From the NCBI GenBank assembly GCA_030390025.1, contig CM059432.1, forward strand, positions 103,356,001-103,420,000: a stretch of 64,000 nucleotides of DNA. Direction: 5' to 3'. The DNA comes from Squalus acanthias (taxonomy: Eukaryota). Shown piece by piece: positions 13,600 through 24,600 of the stretch (its first letter is position 1; every line of letters begins with the position of its first letter). The translations under genes were made by a program, and so were the position numbers. The notes under the pieces were generated by a model. It saw nothing but the letters and a program-made list of their open reading frames with translations. It did no database searches and was not told the DNA's origin.

Positions 13600-14485
13600 A
13601 AGAAAGAACAATCATATAGTGCCTTTCATGACTTCAGGATATCCCAAAGGGTGAGAAATTCGGTATAGCCCCATTTGGGACGCTAAAAATTTGAAAGTTG
13701 AAAAATTAGCGCCAGGCGCTAATCATCCCCGCCTCTCGCAAAATCCAGTTTTAGCGCTCCTAGAGGGAAGCGGAGCGCTAAATCAAGCACTAACCACTTC
13801 TATTAGGGCGCTAAAGCCCGGGAGCAGGGCGGTAGTGGCAGAGCGCTAAACAATTTTGAGCGCATTGTAACCGGCACTCTTTCATCACAGAGGCTGCCTC
13901 CCTTGCTTAAAGGGAAGGGCCAATGATGCTGCCCAAGCTAGCTGTCGTCAGTTCTGTTCTGCAAGGCGACCTGGGCAACTGCCATTACAGCCCCAAACAC
14001 TCACAAAGTGGAGGGCTTGGACATCTTGCATCAATGAAACATTAAAAACTTTGCGCAGGCACCAGACTGGTGCACATAATAAAGGTTGCGCTAGCTGAAA
14101 AGCATTCCCTTTAATTACCGCTCCCGAAGCAGCCAGCCGAGTTCACAATGCTTCCTCTTGCTGACGTTGTCGGCGCAAGGCAATAAAGCAGGGGGCATGA
14201 GTGAAATTTCCATCCGGGGCGATAATGGGGCGCTGTGCACTTTATGACGTCACGATCTGCAAGGTGCTAGAGGCCTAGGCGGTAAGAGTTAGCGCCAGTG
14301 CTAAACTGGCACTGAAGTTTGCGGTGTCGCTGCATTCGCCATGCCCGGGCGCTCACCCTTTAGCACCCCTTTAGCGCCCCCACCAGGCGCTAATGGGAGG
14401 CGCTAACATACCAAATTTCTAGCCCAAAGTGCTTTACAGCCAATTAAGTACTTTTGAAGTGTAGTCATTGTTATAATGTAGGAAA
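13600..14485 (-). mobile_element. DeuSINE-like SINE 3' fragment split by the MITE
   Basis: CAGGATATCCCAAAG|TGCTTTACAGCCAATTAAGTACTTTTGAAGTGTAGTC resembles the reverse complement of 35190-35290. Confidence 0.6.
13649..14425 (+). mobile_element. Harbinger-related MITE inserted in a SINE tail, TSD AAA
   Basis: TIRs GGGTGAGAAATTCGGT / ACCAAATTTCTAGCCC. Removing it restores ATCCCAAAGTGCTTTACAGCC of the host SINE. Confidence 0.85.
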
Positions 14486-14599
14486 TGACATGGTAAAGGG
14501 TTTCAGCTGATTCGCTGAATTCTGTCAAGTGAGAGCGGATTTTTTTCTGGCTGGGGCGGAGATCACCTCGTACAACCTTGTAACGTTAATCAAGGCCAG

Positions 14600-14820
14600 A
14601 GTGGTCTCCTCAACTAGTTTTGATCGCCTAAACGGGTCGGAAAGAATTTTTCCAAATTTTTCTTCCCTTAATTGGCCTGGGTTTTAATTGGTTTTTAACC
14701 TCTCCCATGGTTCCGGGGTGGTTTGAAGAGTGTATATATTGTGATGCATAAGGTATCACAACTCTGTGGGTAGGCTGGATGGATCAGTAGGTCTTTTCCT
14801 GTTTGTTATTTTTCATATCT
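14600..14820 (+). mobile_element. Probable CR1 3' UTR fragment; related copy at 61515-61725
   Basis: Shared blocks GTCTCCT..GGG(A)TC(G/A)GA(A/G)AG(G)AAT..TGGATGG..GGTCTTTTCC between the two loci. Confidence 0.4.
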
Positions 14821-15520
14821 TCATAGTATATGTTTTGCTGGTCTTTGGTAAATGAAAGAATAGAATGATAAAGAAAGGCAGCAGAAGCTGGCAATGAAAC
14901 CAAGCAGCCGGCTGCCTTCTTGCTTTCCCATCTTGGAACCCTCAATAGCTTGCCTTTCCTGGATTTCAGGAGCTTCCTCTTCATACAGGGTTATAGGCTG
15001 CCTTTTTCTGCAAGTGAGAAGTTCCAATGTTACATAGAATTACAGAACATAGAATTTCCAGCACAGAAACAGGCCATTTGGCCCAACTGGTCTATGATGG
15101 TGATTATGCTTCACACGCGCCTCCTTCCACCTTATTTCATCTCACCCTATCAGCATATCCTTCTATTTTTTTTCCTCATGTACTTATCTAACTTCCCCTT
15201 AAATGCATCTATGCTACAGGAAACTCTTTGGTATCCGGCACCGACGGGACCGGCGTGGTGCCGGTTGATCGAAAGTTCCGGATAACGGAGAGTTATATCT
15301 ACCGAGGCTATTTTTAACAAAGAAAAATAAAAAAAATCAAGAAATGTGCAGTATACAGTATTTGGGTACTCACCTACAGAATGTTGTGTTAAATGGATGG
15401 TGGAAGATGCTTGATTAAGTACAGTACTGCCAGTTGAGTGTAATCTATAACTCTTTAATTACTTAACAGTAAAACAAAACTTATAAACGACTGTATACAG
15501 TACTGTAGTTGACTGTACAC

Positions 15521-17287
15521 TTATTCCGAGTCATCTGGTTCATCAGGAATATCCGTGGCAGCTGGGTCAGCAGGTACACGCAGTGCCACAGATGCCACAG
15601 ATTCTTCAGGCACTTCCGCTGCTGCGACTCTTTTGGAAGCTTTCTTAAACATGTTGCGGATGTCGGTTTGCTTAGTGGACTCTTGCCTTTTCTGGAGAAA
15701 GGTGGAATGCAGAATATGGAGTTGCATAACTTCTTGGGCAGAGTAGCAAGTCTGCCTTTCAGCAAATTTGAGGAATGAAGATAATCCTTCTGCAGCTTTA
15801 GCCCAAGAAATCTTCTCTTCTTCAGAAATATCATCCTCTTCACTTTCCATCTCACTTTCCTTTTCTTTCTTTGGATTCAAAACATTCTCAATTATTTCAT
15901 CATCACTTAGCATATGCACAACACCAACTTCTCTATCTGCATCAACCCACTGCTCGATATCACTTTCACTGAGGTGACGTAGAGGGTTTGCTGGGCCTAC
16001 ATTTTTCACCATGCCAGCCATTTCCATTATTGTACTCTTCTTGGGACGAACATTGAACCCATGAAATTCCTCCTCTGAAGAAGAACCTTCAGCAAACATT
16101 ACAGAAGGCCACAATTTGCGCCAGGCTTGCCTCAGAGTGTGACCTTTCACCAAGTTCCAGGAACATGCAACATTATAGATGGCATCTTTAATATTGTATT
16201 CCTTCTGAAATTCTTGAATATTGTCATCTTGGCTTATCAGTTTACGTAGGAAATCTTTCTTGTAATGACACTTCAGATTTTGGATAACGCCCTGGTCCAT
16301 GGGTTGGATGAGAGAAGTTACATTTGGTGGCAAATAAATGGTGAAAATATTTCCCGAAACCAACTCGGATTCATGCGGATGGGCTCTACAATTATCAAGC
16401 AATAAAATGCATTTGCTATCTTCAGGTTTCCCTATTTTACGGAAATGTTCCCTCACAGATGGAATAAAAGTATGATGGAACCAATCGGAGAAGATTTCCT
16501 TATCCATTCAAGCATTTTTTTGAGCTTTGTACTCAACAGGTAAGTGCCTCACATTTTTAAATGCACGGGGATTTTTATACTTCCCGATAACAAGAAGTTT
16601 AACCCGGTGTGATCCAGCGGCGTTCGCACATGTTAGCACGGTTACACGATCTTTATTTTTCTTGTAACCTGAAGCATTAGCCTCACTAGCCCCAGCAAGC
16701 GTTGATTCTGGCAAAAACCTCCAAAACAAGCCAGTTTCATTGGCATTGTATAACTGTGCTGGTGACAAATCATGTTGCTGCACAATCCGATTGAAATAAT
16801 CGCAGTATTCTTCTGCGGCGTCGTGATCAGCTGATTTCTTCTCCCCGGAAATATCGAGTCGTCGTATCCCATGCCGTAACTTGAAGCACGTTAGCCATCC
16901 CTCGGAGAAAGCACACTTGTCAGTGAGCTCCATCCTTTCGTAGAAATCCTTTGCTTTCTCTATTAGCATGGGTCTGGAAATTGGAACACCCTCTGAACGC
17001 TTAAGAGAAAACCATTCATAAAGCACGGTATCCAGCTCTTCAAGCTTAGGCTTACGAAGCGTACGCCATTTCTCTACACTCTTAGCTGTCTCCGAGCTTG
17101 AATAAAACTTGAGCAGCTTATCCTTCTGCGATTTGATGTCGTAGATTGTTGACGAACCGATTTTGAATTCATTCATAATGTTGATACGCTTCTCTCCCCT
17201 TTCTAGTCGTTGGCATATCTCGATTTTCTGTTTTAAAGTTAAGACCACTCTCTTCCTTTTGCTTGGACCAGCTTTTGGGAATTCCAT
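15521..17287 (-). pseudogene. Tigger/pogo (CENP-B/Jerky-like) transposase, ~588 codons, one internal stop
   Basis: HTH-psq ([15 protein letters not shown]), CENP-B HTH ([20 protein letters not shown]) and DDE_1 domain (LLDN, QPMDQG). In-frame TGA at 16508-16510 where NAWMD is expected. First catalytic motif reads YNANETG instead of YNADETG. Confidence 0.92.
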
Positions 17288-17453
17288 AATGCAAGATGGA
17301 GGAGATAATTGCCGATGAAGATGGAAAGACACACAGAACAATGGTGGCTAGGAAGAGACTACCAGCAGCGTGGCAGACACACAGTAAAATGGTGTATCAG
17401 AAGAGACTACCAGCAGCGTGGGAGACACACAGTAAAATGGTGTATCAGAAGAG

Positions 17454-18314
17454 TGCGGGAAGTGTGTCCAGCTGCAGCTCATGTGGGACCGCATGACGGC
17501 CCTTGAGCTGCGGATGGACTCACTTTGGAGCATCCACGATTCTGAGAGGGTTGTGGATAGCACATTTAGTGAGTTGGTCACACCGCAGGTTAAGGCCAGC
17601 GTAGATAGTACATGGGTGACCAAAAGGCAGAGCAAGGGCAGGAAGGTAGTGCAGAAATCCCCTGGGGTTGTCTCCCTTAGCAACAGGTTCACCGCCTTAG
17701 GTGCTGTTGTCGGGGGGGATGACTCATCGGGGGAAGGCACCAGCAGCCAGGCTCATGGCACCATGACTGGCTCTGTTGCAAAGAAGGGAGGGAAAAAGAG
17801 TGGCAGGGCTATAGTAATAGGGGATTCGATTGTAAGGGGAATAGATAGGGGTTTCTGTGGTCGCGACCGAGACTCCAGGATGGTATGTTGCCTCCCTGGT
17901 GCAAGGGTCAAGGATGTCTCGGCGCGGGTGCAGAACATTCTGGAGGGGGAGGGGGAACAGCCAGTTGTCGTGATACATGTTGGTACCAACGACGTAGCTA
18001 AAAAAAGGGAAGAGGTCCTACAAGTAGAATTTAGGGAGTTAGGAGCCAAGCTAAAAAGTAGGACCTCGAAGGTAGTAATCTCTGGATTACTACCAGTGCC
18101 ACGTGCTAGTAAGAGTACAGAGAACAGGATAGTTAGGCTAAATACGTGGCTTGAGCAGTGGTGTAAGAGGGAGGGTTTTAAATTTTTGAGGCATTGGAAC
18201 CAGTTTTGTGGTAGGTGTGACCTATACAAAAGGAACGGTCTACACCTGTGCAAAGATGGAACTGATGTTCTCGGGGTAATTTTTGATAAAGCAGTTCGGG
18301 AGCATTTAAACTAG
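17454..18314 (+). CDS. CR1 ORF1p (5'-truncated): zinc-finger remnant, coiled coil and SGNH esterase domain
   Basis: CGKC..LELRMDSL; GDSIVRG, LPGA, HVGTND and NGLHL motifs; ends HLN*. Confidence 0.88.
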   Translation, partial: CGKCVQLQLMWDRMTALELRMDSLWSIHDSERVVDSTFSELVTPQVKASVDSTWVTKRQSKGRKVVQKSPGVVSLSNRFTALGAVVGGDDSSGEGTSSQAHGTMTGSVAKKGGKKSGRAIVIGDSIVRGIDRGFCGRDRDSRMVCCLPGARVKDVSARVQNILEGEGEQPVVVIHVGTNDVAKKREEVLQVEFRELGAKLKSRTSKVVISGLLPVPRASKSTENRIVRLNTWLEQWCKREGFKFLRHWNQFCGRCDLYKRNGLHLCKDGTDVLGVIFDKAVREHLN

Positions 18315-21256
18315 TATGGCAGGGGGCTAGAAACCTATGTAGTGAAATAGAGGAAAGTGAAAGGCAGACAGAAATAAATGGTAAACGGGTAAGGAACAAA
18401 AAACAAAGGGCCAAACTAATTCATAAAAAATGTGAGCATAAAAAAAGCCTGAGGGTTTTATACCTTAATGCGAGAAGCATCAGGAACAAGGTAGATGAAT
18501 TAGCTGTGGAAATAGAGGTTAATAATTATGATCTAATTGGGATTACGGAAACATGGTTGCAGGGTGAGCAGGGCTGGGAGCTTAACATACAGGGGTATTC
18601 AGTATTTAGGAAGGATCGACAAAAAAGAAAGGGAGGAGGGGTAGCATTGCTGGTAAAAGAGGGGATAAATGCAATTGAAAGGAAGGATATTAACTCAGTT
18701 AATACAGAATCTATATGGGTGGAGCTAAGAAATAACGAGGGGCGAAAAACATTAATAGGAGTGGTATACAGGCCTCCAAATAGTAAAATAGAGGTTGGGG
18801 AGGGCATCACGAGGGAAATTAGAGAAGCGTGCAATAAGAGCACAGCTGTCATCATAGGTGACTTTAACTTACATATAGATTGGACTAGCCTAATCAGTAA
18901 AAATAATGAGGAGGAGGAATTCCTTGAGTGTTTAAGGGATGGTTATCTGGATCAATATGTCGAGGAACCAACTCGGGAACAGGTTATATTGGACTGGGTA
19001 CTGTGCAATGAGAAGGGACTAATTAGTAATCTTGTTGTACGGGGACCCTTGGGTCAGAGCGATCATAACATGATCGATTTCTCACTCGAAATGGAGAGCG
19101 AAGAAATTGACTCAGAGACTAAGGTCCTGAATTTAAACAAGGGGAATTATGATGCCATTAGACGGGAACTGAGTAGGTCTGATTGGACAATGTTCCTGGG
19201 AGGACTGGAGGTAGATAAACAATGGCAAGCATTTAAAGATAGAATGACAAAATTGCAAAAATTGTTTATACCAATCTGGCATAAAAGGAAATCTAAAAAG
19301 GTGACTCAACCGTGGATAACAGGGGAAATTAGAGACAGCATAAAATCCAAAGATAGGGCGTATAAAATAGCCAAAAAAAGCGCCAGAGCGGAAGATTGGG
19401 AACAGTTAAAGATAGAGCAAAGGAGGACAAAGGGCTTAATCAAGAGGGGCAAAATAGCTTACGAAAGCAAGCTGGCGGAAAATATAAAAACTAACTCCAA
19501 AAGCTTTTATAAGTATATCAAGAGGAAAAGACTGGTGAAAACCAAAGTTGGTCCATTGCAGTCAGATACGGGGGAATATATAACGGGAAATAAGGAAATG
19601 ACAGACCAACTAAATGCATACTTTGGGTCAGTCTTTACGAAGGAAGGCACAAAAAACCTCCCTGGGATATCGGGAAAAATAGGGACATTGGCAAAGGAGG
19701 AACTGACGCAAATCAATATCTCTAAGGATATGGTGTTAAGGAAGCTAAAGGGATTGAAGGCGGACAAATCCCCAGGGCCTGATAACATGCATCCTAGGGT
19801 ACTGAAGGAGGTGGCCCTAGAGATAGCGGATGCACTAAGTATGATTTTTCAGAATTCATTAGACTCGGGAACAGTGCCCATGGATTGGAGGGTAGCTAAC
19901 GTTACCCCACTATTCAAAAAGGGGGGTAGGGAAAAAGCAGGTAATTACAGACCTGTAAGCCTTACATCAGTTGTGGGCAAAATGCTGGAGTCCATCATTA
20001 AGGATGAAATAGCGGAGCACTTAGCAAATGGGGACAGGATAGGACAGAGTCAACATGGATTTACAAAGGGTAAATCGTGCTTGACTAATCTATTGGAATT
20101 TTTTGAGGGAGTAACTGGTAAAATAGATGGGGGAGAGCCAGTAGATGTGGTGTACCTGGACTTCCAAAAGGCCTTCGATAAGGTCCCACATAAAAGATTA
20201 GCATGGAAAATTGAAGCTCATGGGATAAAGGGGAAAGTATTGACATGGATAGAGAACTGGCTGTCAGATAGAAAACAGAGAGTTGGAATAAACGGCTCAT
20301 TTTCTGAATGGCAGGCAGTAACAAGTGGGGTACCACAGGGATCTGTCCTGGGTCCCCAGCTGTTCACAATTTACATTAATGACCTGGATCAGGGAGTCGG
20401 ATGCAGCATTTCCAAATTTGCAGACGACACTAAACTAGGAGGGGGGGTGGGCTCAGAGGAGGAGACCAGGAAGCTCCAGAGCGATTTGGACAGACTGGGT
20501 GATTGGGCGGATAAATGGCAGATGCACTATAATGTGGACAAGTGCGAAGTTATCCACCTTGGGTGCAGGAACGGGAGGGCAAATTATTATTTAAATGGCA
20601 ATAAATTGGGAGAGGGGGAAGTACAGAGAGTCCTGGGTGTTCTTGTACACCAGTCACTGAAGGCGAGCATGCAGGTGCAACAGGCGGTCAAGAAGGCAAA
20701 CGGTATGCTGGCCTTCATAGCAAAAGGGTTGGAATACAGGAACAGGGATACCTTGCTGCAGCTGTACAGGGCACTGGTGAGACCACACCTCGAGTACTGT
20801 GTACAGTTTTGGTCGCCTCATCTGAGGAAAGATGTTCTTGCCATGGAGGGGGTGCAGCGGCGATTCACCAGGCTGATACCAGGAATGGCGGGATTGACCT
20901 ATGAGGAGAGACTATGTAGTTTAGGGATGTACACACTGGAGTTTAGAAGATTGAGAGGGGACCTCATAGAAGTGTATAAAATTCTGACAGGTCTAGACAG
21001 ACTAGATGCAGAAGGAATGTTTCCCTTGGCGGGTGAGAACAGAACTAGAGGACATAATTTAAGGATAAGGGCTAAACCATTTAGGACAGAAATGACGGGG
21101 AATTTCTTCACTCAGAGGGTGGTGAACCTGTGGAACTCATTGCCACAGAGGGCAGTGTACGCCAGCTCATTAAATATATTTAAGAGGGAATTAGATATAT
21201 TTCTACAGGCAAAAGGGGTTAAGGGTTACGGAGAGAAGGCGGGGACGGGATACTGA
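18290..21256 (+). CDS. CR1 ORF2p: APE endonuclease + reverse transcriptase, uninterrupted
   Basis: Frame open from 18290: LNARSIRNK, GITETW, YRPP, GDFN, SDH, DFQKAFDKVPH, GVPQGSVLGP, FADDTKL. First in-frame ATG is only at ~19070. Confidence 0.93.
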   Translation, partial: SSSGAFKLVWQGARNLCSEIEESERQTEINGKRVRNKKQRAKLIHKKCEHKKSLRVLYLNARSIRNKVDELAVEIEVNNYDLIGITETWLQGEQGWELNIQGYSVFRKDRQKRKGGGVALLVKEGINAIERKDINSVNTESIWVELRNNEGRKTLIGVVYRPPNSKIEVGEGITREIREACNKSTAVIIGDFNLHIDWTSLISKNNEEEEFLECLRDGYLDQYVEEPTREQVILDWVLCNEKGLISNLVVRGPLGQSDHNMIDFSLEMESEEIDSETKVLNLNKGNYDAIRRELSRSDWTMFLGGLEVDKQWQAFKDRMTKLQKLFIPIWHKRKSKKVTQPWITGEIRDSIKSKDRAYKIAKKSARAEDWEQLKIEQRRTKGLIKRGKIAYESKLAENIKTNSKSFYKYIKRKRLVKTKVGPLQSDTGEYITGNKEMTDQLNAYFGSVFTKEGTKNLPGISGKIGTLAKEELTQINISKDMVLRKLKGLKADKSPGPDNMHPRVLKEVALEIADALSMIFQNSLDSGTVPMDWRVANVTPLFKKGGREKAGNYRPVSLTSVVGKMLESIIKDEIAEHLANGDRIGQSQHGFTKGKSCLTNLLEFFEGVTGKIDGGEPVDVVYLDFQKAFDKVPHKRLAWKIEAHGIKGKVLTWIENWLSDRKQRVGINGSFSEWQAVTSGVPQGSVLGPQLFTIYINDLDQGVGCSISKFADDTKLGGGVGSEEETRKLQSDLDRLGDWADKWQMHYNVDKCEVIHLGCRNGRANYYLNGNKLGEGEVQRVLGVLVHQSLKASMQVQQAVKKANGMLAFIAKGLEYRNRDTLLQLYRALVRPHLEYCVQFWSPHLRKDVLAMEGVQRRFTRLIPGMAGLTYEERLCSLGMYTLEFRRLRGDLIEVYKILTGLDRLDAEGMFPLAGENRTRGHNLRIRAKPFRTEMTGNFFTQRVVNLWNSLPQRAVYASSLNIFKRELDIFLQAKGVKGYGEKAGTGY

Positions 21257-21572
21257 ATTAGAGGATCAGCCATGATCTCATTAAATGGCGGAGCAGGCTC
21301 GAAGGGCCGGATGGCCTACTCCTGCTCCTATCTTCTATGTATCTATGTATCTATGTAAGAGACTACAGTACCAGCAGCGTGGGAGACACACAGTAAAATG
21401 TTGTATCAGAAGAGACTACCAGCAGCGCGGGAGACACACAGCAAAATGGCCGATCAGAAGAGACTCCCGGCAGCGCGGGAGAATCAGACTCCTGCTACTG
21501 CAGTGTTCGGACTTCCGACAGTGCCAGGAGGCCAAGTAGTGGCACTTTTGAAAACTACCCCTACTGACTAAA

Positions 21573-21775
21573 TCGGCGTTCGCGGGCTCGGGCTCGGACT
21601 CGGACTCGGACTCGGCAACATTGCCGGTTATTTGAGAGGAGTTTTCGGAGTACTCGGCGTTCGCGGGAGACTCGGACTGCGACTCGGCAACATTGCCGGT
21701 TATTTGAGAGGAGTTTTCGGAGGATGATTTTTGCCGGTTAAGAGAGAATTCCGGATATTTAGGTGCCGGTTAAAC
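21573..21775. repeat. Subterminal duplication (~75 bp x2) and (GACTCG)n in the Tigger end
   Basis: TCGGCGTTCGCGGG..CTCGGCAACATTGCCGGTTATTTGAGAGGAGTTTTCGGAG occurs twice. TGCCGGTTA recurs four times. Confidence 0.85.
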
Positions 21776-21939
21776 AAGAGTTTCCTGTATTTGCCTCAAC
21801 TACTCCATGTGGTAGCAAGTACCACATTCTAACCACACTCTGAGTAAAGAAATTTCTCCTGAATTCCTTATTGGTTTCATTAGTTAAGATGACATGCAGT
21901 GATACTCAAGTGTCGGCATGCAGCCCATCGTGGGCAGGA

Positions 21940-22230
21940 TGTTTTTTTTTAATTTTATCTCACTGTGGGCGACACTGACAAGGCTGTGCATTTCCCTATG
22001 CCTAGTTGACCCAAGAAGGTGTTGGTAAGCCTTCTCCTTAAACCACTGTAGTCTTTGTAGTGATGGGGCTCCCATGATGTTGCCAGGATTTTGACCCAGG
22101 AAAGATAAAGGACTGGTGGCATATGTCCACATCCAGGTGGTGTGTGATTTGGAGGGGAACTTGGAGTTGATGGTTTTCTGATGATGTTGCTTCTCATCCT
22201 TCTTAATGATAAAGGCCTAGGTGCTGTCAA
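21940..22230 (-). mobile_element. Degenerate 3' fragment of the second CR1-group LINE
   Basis: Similar to 4130-4420 (CCAGGATTTTGACCCAG, GGAGGGGAACTT). Confidence 0.65.
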
Positions 22231-22279
22231 CAGTCAGGTACATTATATGTTGTGACTAGGTATCTGAATGCATGGCCTT

Positions 22280-24600
22280 CACTGGTGGGTGAATGGTGGT
22301 GTGCGCAATAGGTTGACATCAGAGGAATGGAGAGTTTGAGAGAGGGGAGTTGTAGCAGTGGAGGAGGTTACAGAGTTTGTGGCGGGGCCGAATGTTTGAC
22401 TTTGATTAAGGCCATTTCGGTACTGTGGGAAACCGAATTGGAAGAATTCAAACAGGGAGCTGCAGGAAAAATGGGCACGGATCTGGAAGACAACAACAAG
22501 TTCAAGGACTTTTGCGGAGGAGGGAGGTTGAAGATGGGGCAGTAATTTGTGAGGACAGAAGGTTTGAGAGTAAGGGGATGATGATGGTTTTGAAAGGGAG
22601 TGGGGCAATACCTGAGGATCCATTCACAATGTCAGTATGTATGGGGGCCAGATATGAAGGTGGGTGGTCAGGACTTTAGCAGGAATGGATTGAGGGAGCA
22701 GGAGGTGGGTCTCATGGATGAGATGAACTTGGAGATGACATTAGGGGAGGTGGTAGTGAAATTAGAGAGAAACGAGGTTTCAGGGTTAGACTAGGGTGGG
22801 AGCTGGGAGCTGGTTTTGCTTGGTAGAAAAGCGGAATGGGGGAATGCAGCAGAGGTAGATGGACAGATGGGGGTAGATTTTCAACTTGTCACCTGAGTGT
22901 AAAACTGGCGTTGTACATCAGCTACCCATTTTAGAAACATTTTAAAATCAATAGATATGGAAACCGAATGGTTTCTATAACAGGCAGCCGATCCAAGCAG
23001 TAGTTTTATGCCAGGGCGGCAAGTTTAAAATCTACACCATGGTCTCTATCTTGGTGTTCAAGAAACCCATGAGCTCCTCACACTTCTTGCTAGAGGGAAG
23101 ATGGAGGGAAAGGGGAAAGGAGTTTAAGGAGGCAATTAGTAAAGTAGAAAAGGAGCCTGGGGTTATCTTTGCCCTCCAGGGTTATGCTAACATAATGGAT
23201 TATTTTGGCAGAGGAGAGTGTGACCTGGTAGAGCTTGATGTGGTCCAACCTGGCAATGGATGGCTAAGCCAGTTGTATTCCAGGTATGCTCAAGTTTGCG
23301 CCCCTTGAATTTGAGGGAGTAAAAGATTGGCACAGTGCTGGGGGAATGGGATGGGAAACAGTGAAGCATATGCTGGTGATGAGGGCATGAAGGTGCAAGT
23401 AAGATGATGGTTGTATAAATCAACAGTCGCAGAGGTATCGTGGTGAATGGAAGTCAAAGACTAGGCATTGGGAGTTTTTGAGTGCACTTGTAAGTTACGC
23501 GGAGGAAGAGTTTTTCCGGGGTGGATACAGAAGGAAGTTGGATTGAAAGCGGATATGGGTGGCGAGGGATACAAAGGAAGTGGTTGTAGATGGCCTTGTT
23601 GGTGATCTAGACCGTTCAAATAGAGAGGTTGAAGAGATGACTCTGAATATGGAAGGAGAGTAATCCAGGGAGAACAAGATGGTGGTTAATTTGGAGGAGA
23701 GAGGGCTGGGAGAGCTGAAACGGAGATTGAAATCACCGAGCATGCAGAATTCCTCAGTGCAAAGACTCAGGGAAGAAAGGAGGGAAGATATCTTAGGAAG
23801 AGTCTCAATGTGGGATTTATGGATTTGGTAATCAACAAAAACTTTAAAAGAGAAGAAGGCTGGAACAGGATGAGGAGCTTAAAGGAGGAGAAGGTGATAG
23901 AGGTGTAAGGGGATAGACCAAGGTGTGATTTTGTCACAAGTGCTGTGCCACCACCAAGACAGTTTGGGCAGTGCAGGTGGTGGAAAGTATAGCCAGGCAG
24001 GGAGGCTTCAACAGGCGGTAAGGTGTTGGCACCTGTGAGCTAGGTTTCAGTCAAAACCAGGATGTCAATGTAATCATTCATAATAAGGTAATGGATGGGA
24101 TGGGCCTTGTTTGCTAGTGAGCAGACATTCTGGAGGGAAATGCAGAGAGGGTTAGGGATTGTTGATCTGCCAGCAGAGTCCAATGGGGCAGTGGTGGTGG
24201 GGCATGTGGAATAGGAAAGAGGTCGCTGAGGATAGCACCCAGTGGGCGCTTTGGGTCGGAAAGTTGGTGAGAGAGGAGGATGAGACATTGGATTGCTGCT
24301 CTTAAGGAGCTAGCGATGGGTGCCACAGTGGGCCTAATGGAGAATGCCAAGAGAGACACAGATAGTCGCCTTGAAATTGTTCAAGGGGGGATTCAAAGCT
24401 GGGATGGTGGCAGGAGAGAAGGAAGGCAAATGAGTAGTGATAGGTTGAGGTAGGAATTGTGGGAGGAGGGCAGAGTACCTGAGAGGGGAAAAATAAAAGA
24501 TGGTATGGCAAGGTAATGGGAAGGGAAAGAACAAGGAAACGAAGTGGCTGAGAAAGAAAAATGGAGATTAGAAGTAGGAACAAATCAACTACTGTCCCAG
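22280..24600 (-). mobile_element. Old L2 LINE, endonuclease and partial RT, degenerate
   Basis: SLQNVCSLANK..DILVLTET (ORF 24040-24288) and LGDFNL (ORF 23495-23743). Nucleotide similarity to 2420-3300. Confidence 0.75.
22870..23038. mobile_element. 169-bp palindromic MITE, TSD ATG
   Basis: GGGGTAGATTTTCAACT / AGTTTAAAATCTACACC. Removing it restores L2 CAGATGGTCTC. Confidence 0.8.

Larger units (their letters stand above)
17454..21356 (+). mobile_element. Young CR1 LINE, 5'-truncated within ORF1, tail (ATCTATGT)n, TSD AAGAG
   Basis: ORF1 + ORF2, 3' hairpin 21289-21328 and octamer tail. AAGAG at 17449-17453 and 21357-21361. Confidence 0.95.
17353..21482 (+). repeat. 48-bp tandem repeat array in the Tigger 5' region (17353-17453 and 21357-21482), split by CR1
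   Basis: Unit AAGAGACTACCAGCAGCGTGGGAGACACACAGTAAAATGGTGTATCAG at 17353 and 17401, with further diverging units after 21357. Confidence 0.9.
15217..21787 (-). mobile_element. Tigger/pogo DNA transposon, full length, TA TSD
   Basis: TA|CAGGAAACTCTTTGGTATCCGGCA ... TGCCGGTTAAACAAGAGTTTCCTG|TA (20/24 TIR match). Contains a transposase gene. Confidence 0.93.
15030..21880 (-). mobile_element. Old CR1 3' fragment (15030-15216 + 21790-21880), host of the Tigger element
   Basis: Tail CATAGAATT..ACAGGCCATTTGGCCC. The sequence resumes as TTTGCCTCAACTACTCCATGTGGTAGC after the TA TSD. Confidence 0.7.

Noticed and set aside
17353..21482. 48-bp and 54/55-bp repeats as CRISPR-like arrays
   Set aside because: Head-to-tail units with no unique spacers, no cas genes, and a eukaryotic transposon context.
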